Below, one piece after another: positions 31,388 through 39,021 of a DNA stretch of 64,000 nt; position 1 is the first letter of the stretch; the number at the start of each line of letters is the position of its first letter. The notes beneath the pieces were generated by a model that was not told where the DNA came from, searched no databases, and was given only the letters and a program-made list of their open reading frames with translations. Position numbers and translations under genes: made by a program. Source of the DNA: an uncultured bacterium (GTDB lineage Bacteria; Verrucomicrobiota; Lentisphaeria; Victivallales; UBA1829); the NCBI GenBank assembly GCA_900548385.1, contig URKJ01000008.1, positions 43,585 to 107,584 on the forward strand, given 5' to 3'.

Positions 31388-32638
31388 TTATTTTGCAGGA
31401 GCCTCGATTCTGTCGAATCCTGTATAGGGACGGAGAACTTCCGGGATGATCACGGAGCCGTCCGCCTGCTGATAGTTTTCCAGAATGCAGATCGCGACAC
31501 GGTCGGTCGCGGCGGTCGCGCTGATCGTGTGGACATAGCCCTTGGAGCCGTCTTTCCCTTTGTAGCGGATGTTAAGCCGGCGGGACTGGAATTCCGTCAG
31601 ATTCGTGTTCGAGGTGACTTCCCGGTAGCCGTTGAAGCCGGGGAACCATGCTTCGATGTCGTACTTGCGGTAGCCCGGAGCACCCATATCGCCGACGCAG
31701 ACATCGACGACATGGTAGGGAAGTCCGAGTTTCTGCAGCAGCATTTCTTCGTTTTCCAGAGCGAACAGGTGCTGATTGACGGAATCTTCCGGTTTGCAGA
31801 AGATGATCTGTTCGACCTTATGGAACTGGTGTACGCGGAAAATGCCGCGGCTGGCTTTACCGTAACTGCCCGCTTCCGTGCGGAAGCAGGGAGAATAAGC
31901 GGTGTAGCAGATGGGAAGTTTTTCGGCTTCGAGAGTTTCGTCCGCATGATAGCCGACAAGGGTCTGCTCGGAGGTTCCGATCAGAGCGAGGTCTTCCCGT
32001 TCCAGTTTATAAGTCTGGTCGGCGAAGAACGGCAGATAGCCCGTTCCGTAAAGCGTGCGCTCTTTGGCGAGACACGGCGTGATCATCGGGGTGAAGCCTT
32101 TTTTGATCAGCTCGGCTTTGACCCAGGTGTACAGCGCATCGCAGAGGAGAGCGCCTTTGCCTTTCCAGTAATAGAATCCCGCCTGCGCGACTTTTCCGCC
32201 GCGTTTGATGTCGAGAATATCCAGTTTTTCCGCGATTTCCTGATGATCCCGGACGGGGAAACCGAATTCGCGGATCGTGCCGACTTTGCGGAGTTCCTTG
32301 TTGGCGGTATCGTCCGCGCCCATGGGTACTTCCGGATCAAGGATGTTCGGCAGCCAGGAGAGCGCTTCGTCAACCTTGACACCGAGTTCGCGTTCCTTCT
32401 CTTCGAGGGCGGCGAGCTCGTCTTTCATGGCTTTGACCTGTTCGCGGGCGGCGGGATTGGTCTGGCATTCCTTGCTCAGACGGTTGCGTTCGCTGCGGAG
32501 AAATTCCGCGCGCTGCGTGACTTCGCGGCGTTCCTTGTCCAGTGCGACAATGGCATCGACATCGGCATCGGACCCGCGGACTTCACAGTTTTTCTTGATG
32601 AATTCAGGATTCTCCCGAATGTATTTAATGTCAATCAT
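31388..32638 (-). CDS. serS: Seryl-tRNA synthetase
   Basis: 416 aa. MIDIKYIRENPEFIKKN coiled-coil arm and class II motif FRVHQFHKVEQ. Confidence 0.96.
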   Translation of the reverse strand: MIDIKYIRENPEFIKKNCEVRGSDADVDAIVALDKERREVTQRAEFLRSERNRLSKECQTNPAAREQVKAMKDELAALEEKERELGVKVDEALSWLPNILDPEVPMGADDTANKELRKVGTIREFGFPVRDHQEIAEKLDILDIKRGGKVAQAGFYYWKGKGALLCDALYTWVKAELIKKGFTPMITPCLAKERTLYGTGYLPFFADQTYKLEREDLALIGTSEQTLVGYHADETLEAEKLPICYTAYSPCFRTEAGSYGKASRGIFRVHQFHKVEQIIFCKPEDSVNQHLFALENEEMLLQKLGLPYHVVDVCVGDMGAPGYRKYDIEAWFPGFNGYREVTSNTNLTEFQSRRLNIRYKGKDGSKGYVHTISATAATDRVAICILENYQQADGSVIIPEVLRPYTGFDRIEAPAK

Positions 32639-32661
32639 GATAAACGTTTCCTTGTGTTATC

Positions 32662-34392
32662 TTAGAACTGCGGGAGCGGGAATGCCGCAGTAAACGCTTT
32701 CACTTCTTCGGCGATGGCGGCAAGCGCGGCATCGTCGTTGCGGTTTTCCACGGCGCGGTTGATGAAATCGGCGATCCTGAGCATTTCCGGCTCTTTCATG
32801 CCGCGGGTCGTGACGGCGGGCGTTCCGATACGGATACCGCTGGTGACCATCGGTTTTTCCGGATCGAACGGGATCATATTCTTGTTGACGGTGATGAGCG
32901 CTTTGTCGAGCGCGGTGGCGACGTCTTTTCCGGTCGCCTGTTTCGGACGGAGGTCAACGAGCATGAGATGGTTGTCCGTTCCGCCGGAGACGATGCGGAA
33001 GCCTTTGTCCACAAGAGCTTGGGCAAGAACCGCCGCGTTTTTGACAAGCTGTTCCTGATAGGCCTTGAATTCCGGTTTCAGCGCTTCGCCGAAGCAGACG
33101 GCTTTTCCTGCAATCACATGCATCAGAGGTCCGCCCTGAATGCCGGGGAATACTTTGGAATTGACTGCTTTGAGGTACTGCTCCTTGCAGAGAATGAGCC
33201 CGCCGCGCGGCCCGCGCAGAGTTTTGTGCGTGGTCGTCGTGACAATGTCGCAGTACGGAACCGGGGAGGGATGGATGCCCGCGGCGACGAGTCCGGCGAT
33301 GTGCGCCATATCGACCATCAGCTTGGCGCCGACGGAGTCCGCAATTTCACGCAGTTTTGCAAAGTCGATTGTGCGCGGATAGGCACTGGCTCCCGCAACG
33401 ATCAGAGCGGGTTTGTGTTCGTTTGCGAGCTTCTGGAGTTCTGCATAGTCAATGGTTTCGGTGTCTTTGTTGACGCCGTAAGGGACTATGTTATAGAGCT
33501 GTCCGCTGAAATTCATCTTGTGCCCGTGGGTCAGATGTCCGCCGTGGTCAAGACTCATTGCGAGGATGGTGTCGCCGGGGTTGATGAGTGCAAAATATGC
33601 TGCCATGTTCGCCTGGGAACCGGAGTGCGGCTGAACGTTTGCCGCTTCCGCTCCGAAGAGTTTGCAGGCGCGTTCAATCGCGATCTTTTCCACTTCGTCG
33701 ACGAATTCGCAGCCGTTGTAGTAACGTTTGGCGGGATAGCCTTCCGCGTACTTGTTGGTGAGTACGGAACCCTGGGCGGCGCGGACAGCGCAGCTGGTGA
33801 AGTTTTCGGAGGCGATCAGCTCAATGCCTTCAAACTGGCGAACCGCTTCCCTGTCGATCCATTTGGCAATTTCGGGATCGCTTCCGCGGAGCGCGGCGAT
33901 GTCGTCATAAGAATCTTTTTCAAGCTGGGTGAGGCGTCTTGCATGGCGTCCGCCGACGCAGGTGAATTCCGTTCCGAGCCATGTGCTGATGATTTCGCAG
34001 ATTTCGTCGCGGGTGAGATAATCGGCGGGGATCACGAGAACGTTGGTGCAGTTGTGGTCACGGCTTGCCTTGGCGAGTTTGGTGCTGTAAGCGACGGCGG
34101 CGCGGACTCCGTGGAAACGGTTTGCCACGATGGCCATTCCGATGCCGGAGCGGCAGATCAGGATGCCTTTTTCAACCTCGCCGGCGGAGACCGCACGGGC
34201 AAGGACGGCGCCGAACGTGTTGTAATCATCTTCGGGATCGAACTTGGAGGGACCGCAGTCGATTACGTCGAGCCCTTTGGCGGAAAGCGCCGCCGTGATC
34301 TCTTTTTTGAGTTCGAAACCACCGTGGTCTGCGGCGATCGCGATGCGTTTGTCGTCTTTGTTCCAGTCGGAGATTGATTTCATTCGTGACAT
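32662..34392 (-). CDS. glyA: Fusion protein: ribose-5-phosphate isomerase B (RpiB/LacAB) domain plus serine hydroxymethyltransferase
   Basis: Residues about 15-160 carry [14 protein letters not shown] and [17 protein letters not shown] (RpiB). From about residue 165: [25 protein letters not shown] (PLP Lys) and the rest of a full-length SHMT. One uninterrupted 576-aa frame. Confidence 0.9.
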   Translation of the reverse strand: MSRMKSISDWNKDDKRIAIAADHGGFELKKEITAALSAKGLDVIDCGPSKFDPEDDYNTFGAVLARAVSAGEVEKGILICRSGIGMAIVANRFHGVRAAVAYSTKLAKASRDHNCTNVLVIPADYLTRDEICEIISTWLGTEFTCVGGRHARRLTQLEKDSYDDIAALRGSDPEIAKWIDREAVRQFEGIELIASENFTSCAVRAAQGSVLTNKYAEGYPAKRYYNGCEFVDEVEKIAIERACKLFGAEAANVQPHSGSQANMAAYFALINPGDTILAMSLDHGGHLTHGHKMNFSGQLYNIVPYGVNKDTETIDYAELQKLANEHKPALIVAGASAYPRTIDFAKLREIADSVGAKLMVDMAHIAGLVAAGIHPSPVPYCDIVTTTTHKTLRGPRGGLILCKEQYLKAVNSKVFPGIQGGPLMHVIAGKAVCFGEALKPEFKAYQEQLVKNAAVLAQALVDKGFRIVSGGTDNHLMLVDLRPKQATGKDVATALDKALITVNKNMIPFDPEKPMVTSGIRIGTPAVTTRGMKEPEMLRIADFINRAVENRNDDAALAAIAEEVKAFTAAFPLPQF

Positions 34393-34408
34393 CCTTTCGT
34401 GATGGTTA

Positions 34409-34879
34409 TTATGTCGTTTTCGTATGATTCAGCACATCGAGGAAGAGGTTCCGGAGCGGTTCCTTCATCTCTTCAAAACAATTCCGGTAAACGTCGGGGG
34501 ATCCGCCGTAAGGGTCGGCCACTCCGGTGTTCCTGCGGCTGTCGGAACGGAATTCGTTCAGCAGGTGGATTTTTTCCCGGACTTCCGGAAAGCACTCAAG
34601 AACGGCGGTGCGGTGCGATGCCGTCATGGTGATGATCAGGTCTGCTTCCGATACGAGCCGTTCGGAAAGAACGGATGCCGTATGCCCGGTGATGTCTTCC
34701 CCGTTTTCCTGCATAACGAGAATGGAGTTGCGGGTGGCGGGCAGTCCGTCACAGGTGCAGGTTCCGGCGGAGGCGCAGCGGATCGCCGGTGTATTCGCTT
34801 CCCGCGCGAGTTTACGGAAGTATCCCTCGCACATGGGACTCCGGCAGGTATTCCCGGTGCAGACAAACAGGACATTCAT
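34409..34879 (-). CDS. Low-molecular-weight protein phosphatase (LMW-PTP / arginine-phosphatase family)
   Basis: P-loop [14 protein letters not shown] at the N-terminus and a DP motif later in the sequence. About 156 aa from MNVLF. Confidence 0.88.
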   Translation of the reverse strand: MNVLFVCTGNTCRSPMCEGYFRKLAREANTPAIRCASAGTCTCDGLPATRNSILVMQENGEDITGHTASVLSERLVSEADLIITMTASHRTAVLECFPEVREKIHLLNEFRSDSRRNTGVADPYGGSPDVYRNCFEEMKEPLRNLFLDVLNHTKTT

Positions 34880-35028
34880 GACTGGACCGCTCTCCATATA
34901 AGGTTGATATGATCCCGTAATATACCACGCTTTCAGGAAAAATCACGCCGGATTCCAAAGTTTTTCCAGGAAAACTGGATTTCCGGTATCCGGCGCTGTT
35001 TTTTCTGATCGGACAGAATGTTTTCTGT

Positions 35029-35748
35029 TCAATTTTTTTTCAGGGCGGAGATCAGATTTTCCAGAGTTTCCCGGCTGCTGACGGCATTGGAGTCTTCCGG
35101 TGCTGCTTTCTTTTCCGGTTTGGCAGTCGGAGTTTCCCCGTCGCCGTTCTTCTTTTCCGGATCGGAGACAGGAGTTTCCTCTTTGAAACTTCCGCCGTTT
35201 GCAAGATACAGAATCGCGGGGTATTGTTCCATCCAGACCGCCTGGGCAGGTGTCTGCGGCGTTCCGCATTGGACGGTCCGGATCATCCGCGGAAGCACCA
35301 GATTGGAGAAGCGGAGAACGTTGGGCTGGGAGACGAGAGGTATTTTGTCCACCAGAGCAACCGAGGACAGACCGAGTGTCAGCACCGCCATGCAGGCGAG
35401 CGCTCCTCCGTAGACACAGAGGAACCGGAGAACCATTGAAATATGCGTCGGATAGCTGATATGCCGGTTATCCGGCGGAAACATCTGCGAAAACGCCGCA
35501 CAGAGAATGATCATCAGGATCAGACCCGCTCCCGGCAGAGCGATCAGGGAGACCCAGCCGCGTCCGGATTCCGGCAGATACTGCAGGAGCTTCTCTATCA
35601 CATAAGGCTGGAGCCCGAATACCGTACAGCCTGCCAGCAGGGCGCTGCAGAAAAAAATCCATGCCCGTTCAAAACGCCAGCGGGACGTACAAAAGGCGAT
35701 TATCAGCGGAATTCCGAAAAAAACGATCAGTTCAAGCATTTTCTTCAT
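35029..35748 (-). CDS. Multi-pass membrane protein with a charged C-terminal tail (CvpA-like topology, tentative)
   Basis: About four hydrophobic segments (LELIVFFGIPLIIAF, WIFFCSALLAGCTVFG, WVSLIALPGAGLILMIILCAAF, LRFLCVYGGALACMAVLTLGL), then a soluble Lys/Glu/Pro-rich tail. The start is uncertain (35748 or 35739). It overlaps the end of the upstream gene. Confidence 0.6.
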   Translation of the reverse strand: MKKMLELIVFFGIPLIIAFCTSRWRFERAWIFFCSALLAGCTVFGLQPYVIEKLLQYLPESGRGWVSLIALPGAGLILMIILCAAFSQMFPPDNRHISYPTHISMVLRFLCVYGGALACMAVLTLGLSSVALVDKIPLVSQPNVLRFSNLVLPRMIRTVQCGTPQTPAQAVWMEQYPAILYLANGGSFKEETPVSDPEKKNGDGETPTAKPEKKAAPEDSNAVSSRETLENLISALKKN

Positions 35749-38700
35749 CCTCCATATTGGGAAGTGCGTTATTGATCTCATCCAGTGCCACGACACCTTT
35801 GGCAGCCAGACAGTATGCCGTGATGCGGAGCAGGTTCATGCGGCCGCCGCCGTTTGTACAGCATTTCAGCCAGTCGGCGGTCGGGAGCACCGAGCCGTAA
35901 ATCACGACCGGGCGGTCTTCTCCGCTCTGGGAACATTCCATGCAGCCGTTTTTGGCGCGGAGATTGTTGTCCGGCAGATTCAGCCGGCGGAAATCTTCCC
36001 GGTTTTCCTCCGGGAGTTCCGCGTGTACGGCACAGCTGCAGAGTTTATGAAGCATCAGCGGGGAGACGATCAGTTTCAGGGTTTCCAGCATCTGCGTTTC
36101 TGAGATTCCCGCATCCAGACAGAGTTTTACCGCTTTTTCCGCAGTCGGCTGTTCCAGAAGAAGAACGATCGGTTTCACTTCCGAGAGACGGAATGCGCAG
36201 CGGATGGTTGCGGCGTCGTTCCGTTCCAGCGTGATGGCGGCGGCGCGGCAGTCCGGCAGGGCGCCAAGCAGCTGTTCAGGCGTGATTTTGGCGCTCAGGT
36301 TCGCTTTGAGACGCGGAACCTCGTTGGATCCGGCCGGTTCGTTGCCGTCGCCGATCCAGACCGTGCTGCCGAGTTTTGCGGCGAACTGTTCAAGCAGAAG
36401 CGAAATGAATGTCCGTCGCCCGTTGCCCGGCTTTCCGGTAACGATGATCAGGCCGTTCGGCTTGGCAAGGATCGAATCGACGGCTTTTTTTCCTTCCGGG
36501 GAAAGTACGAGCTGCTGGAAGCTGTGAAGCTCATCCTGAGCCCGTTTAAGCGTCAGCAGGGCGCGTTCGCCCTGAACTCCCATTCCGATCGTGCTGATCA
36601 GGACCCGTGTGCGGCTGTGTTCTTTCTGAATGGTGAAACAGCCGTTCTGCGGGTTGACTTCCTCGTAGGCGTCGAGTCCGGCAAGATTTTTCAGGATGAT
36701 GAGGATATTGCGTCCGGTCGCCATATCAAGCTGCATCAGCTGCCGGTCCTGTTTCGCCTGTTTGAGGATGATCTGATAGTTGGTTCCCGTCGGCGAGAAC
36801 AGAATTCCCGAACAGTGACGGGTGAGAGCCTGCGTGAGTATGCCCCGGCAGAGGTTGAGGAAGAGTGCGTTTTCCGGGGATGGCGCCTGGGCGCTCTCTT
36901 CGCCGTCGGCATTGAAGAAGCGCAGCGGATCCGTTTTCACCTGATCAGAGGTGCTCAGCATTCTGCTGATCCACGGACGGGCAAACGTGTACAGTTTCTG
37001 AAGCAGGATACCGATCGGCATCAGCGGCCCGGCAAAGAACGAGATCAGATTCGCCGCTTTGATCCGCGCGGTTTCTTCGCGGGGGAGCATGCGGAGCGAA
37101 AGCAGACCGCATGCGATCCAGATAAACCAGAAGACCAGGCAGGGCCACGAAAGCAGTATTTTCTGATCGCCGTATGGCGGGACGATCTCTTTTCCGGAGC
37201 TTTTTTCTCCGGCCAGTTCTTTGACAGGTTCTTTTTTGAGTTCTTCAAGAGTCTGTTTGATACTGGCGGTAAATTTGTTTTTTTCCGGAAGCTGGCCCAA
37301 AAGGTCATCTGTGGGGACAACTCCCGCTTTGAGCAGCGGAATAATGAGGTTGAACCGTTCCTGCTGCAATGCCAAGGACAGCGCGCTTTCCTGATCCAGA
37401 TTCACGGCATTGGGATTGCACGGAACCGCAAGCAGGGATTCCAGAAATTCGGTTTCCCCCTTGTTGAGACGCAGGAAGAGAATCAGCGCGGTGTCGTGAC
37501 GGCTGTTCAGTGCGGCTGCGGAAACTTTATGCGACAGCAGATAAGAGGCGGATTTCTCATTTTTGGCGAGAAGAGCCGCATGGAGCGGAGTATTCCGCAT
37601 CCAGTCGCGACAGTTCAGATTGGCGTTGTTTTCCACGAGCAGTTTCAGAGCATCGGGGTTGTTGACCGCTTCAAAGATCAGCGGAGTGCCGAGTTGGTCG
37701 CCGACATTGGGATCCGCTCCGTTTGCCAGCAGTTCTTTCATCCGCTTGAGATCGTTGGCTCTCAATGCCTTCTGAAGCAGAGTGGTGCCGTCATTCAACG
37801 GCATGTTGAGGTTTGCTTTGTGCTTGATCAGCAGCTTGAGCAGCCAGTCGTAATCGTTGTGTGCGGCGAGGTCAAGCAGGCTGTATTCTCCGTAGCGTTC
37901 ATTGGGAGTGATATAGCCTTTTTCAAACAGCAGTCCGAGAATTTCGGCGTTTTGAGATTTCAGGCTTTCCGCGAGCGCCGCCCGGATCAGCGGTTTGCGC
38001 TTTGCCGCTTCGGTTTTGTTCAGGAGGTCTCCGATCTCCTCTTTCCGTTCTTCCCGGACGTAAGAGGCAATGTGGGAAATCTGCTTGGGGTCGGGGCCGC
38101 AGGAGCGGAATGCGGCGGCGATGACTTGAAGCAGGATAAGGAGTATGGCGACTCCGGCGACAGCAAAAATGATCCGTTTTTTGTGCACTTTGAGGAAAAC
38201 GAACCGTTCCTGCGGCGGCATCTGCATCGGCGTTTCATCCTGCGGGTCCGTCTGCGGACCGCAAAGTTGATCCGCCAGACTCTTGCCGGCGGAGATCAGT
38301 TTTTCATCCACTGCAACGGTATCCGTTTTGATCCCGGCGAAAATATCGGCTGCGGGCGCGGGAGCCGCCTGCGGAATTGTGAGCGTCGGAGCCGCTGTGG
38401 AAGGGGGCGGCTGGGGGTGTGCGGGAGCCGGTGCAGCGGCTGCCTGCGGATTGAGGGTGAGCTTCGGCGGCTGGGGGACGGCTGCCGAAGGAGTTGCCGG
38501 AGCTTGTGCGAAAGACGGAGCGGCTGCCGCGGGAGCGGAAGCCGCCGGTTGCGGATTGAGAGTCAGTTTTGGCGCCGCGGGAGCTGCCGGAGCAGGAGCT
38601 GGTTTGGATTTTGCCGGTTCGTTTTTTGCCGAAGGCGCTGTGCGGAACCGCGGGATCGGCGGAGCTGCCGGAGCGGGAGCCGGGGCAGGAGCTTCCGCAA

Positions 38701-38992
38701 CGGGGACAGCGGGAGCCGGGGCAGGTGTTTCCGCAACGGGGGCAGCGGGAGCCGCCGGGGCAGGTGCTTCCGTTGCCTGTTTCAGTGTGATTTCCTGTTG
38801 ACAGGACGGGCATTGCACCTGTTCGCCCTCCATCCACATTTCCACTTTGAGTTTCTGGTTGCAGTTGGAACAGCGGCAGGTGATCGGTGTCTGTTCCGCC
38901 GTCTGTGCGGTCTGGCAGTGCGGGCAGACGACCTCGCTTCCCGCCTGAGTATCCGCTACGGAGAAAAAATTTTTACATTGTTTACAGAGCAT
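35732..38992 (-). CDS. 1086-aa mosaic protein: double zinc ribbon, Pro/Ala-rich spacer, TM segment, ankyrin repeats, further TM segments, degenerate GspE/PilB-like ATPase domain
   Basis: CKQC..CPHC and CSNC..CPSC zinc ribbons. Ankyrin-type repeats such as DGTTLLQKALRANDLKRMKELLANGADPN and RNTPLHAALLAKNEKSASYLLSH. The C-terminal region resembles T2SS/T4P assembly ATPases (NPQNGCFTI, RVLISTIGMGVQGERALLTL), but the P-loop is GKPGNGRRT (36410..36436). AAGGA RBS before the ATG. Confidence 0.8.
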   Translation of the reverse strand: MLCKQCKNFFSVADTQAGSEVVCPHCQTAQTAEQTPITCRCSNCNQKLKVEMWMEGEQVQCPSCQQEITLKQATEAPAPAAPAAPVAETPAPAPAVPVAEAPAPAPAPAAPPIPRFRTAPSAKNEPAKSKPAPAPAAPAAPKLTLNPQPAASAPAAAAPSFAQAPATPSAAVPQPPKLTLNPQAAAAPAPAHPQPPPSTAAPTLTIPQAAPAPAADIFAGIKTDTVAVDEKLISAGKSLADQLCGPQTDPQDETPMQMPPQERFVFLKVHKKRIIFAVAGVAILLILLQVIAAAFRSCGPDPKQISHIASYVREERKEEIGDLLNKTEAAKRKPLIRAALAESLKSQNAEILGLLFEKGYITPNERYGEYSLLDLAAHNDYDWLLKLLIKHKANLNMPLNDGTTLLQKALRANDLKRMKELLANGADPNVGDQLGTPLIFEAVNNPDALKLLVENNANLNCRDWMRNTPLHAALLAKNEKSASYLLSHKVSAAALNSRHDTALILFLRLNKGETEFLESLLAVPCNPNAVNLDQESALSLALQQERFNLIIPLLKAGVVPTDDLLGQLPEKNKFTASIKQTLEELKKEPVKELAGEKSSGKEIVPPYGDQKILLSWPCLVFWFIWIACGLLSLRMLPREETARIKAANLISFFAGPLMPIGILLQKLYTFARPWISRMLSTSDQVKTDPLRFFNADGEESAQAPSPENALFLNLCRGILTQALTRHCSGILFSPTGTNYQIILKQAKQDRQLMQLDMATGRNILIILKNLAGLDAYEEVNPQNGCFTIQKEHSRTRVLISTIGMGVQGERALLTLKRAQDELHSFQQLVLSPEGKKAVDSILAKPNGLIIVTGKPGNGRRTFISLLLEQFAAKLGSTVWIGDGNEPAGSNEVPRLKANLSAKITPEQLLGALPDCRAAAITLERNDAATIRCAFRLSEVKPIVLLLEQPTAEKAVKLCLDAGISETQMLETLKLIVSPLMLHKLCSCAVHAELPEENREDFRRLNLPDNNLRAKNGCMECSQSGEDRPVVIYGSVLPTADWLKCCTNGGGRMNLLRITAYCLAAKGVVALDEINNALPNMEDEENA
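38676..38780 (-). repeat. In-frame 36-nt tandem repeat (about 2.8 copies) encoding a Pro/Ala-rich spacer
   Basis: Units 38676..38711 and 38712..38747 differ at a few positions. The third unit has a 3-nt insertion. They encode the PAPA(V/A)PVAE(A/T)PAPA stretch of the 1086-aa protein. Confidence 0.8.
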
Positions 38993-39021
38993 TTTATGTG
39001 TCGATCCTTACATGTTTGTCG

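Noticed and set aside
38283-38837. Repetitive GC-rich DNA, considered as a possible CRISPR array or non-coding tandem repeat
   Set aside because: The repeat units are 36 nt, contiguous with no spacers, and lie in frame inside a long coding sequence where they encode a Pro/Ala-rich linker. There are no cas genes in the window.
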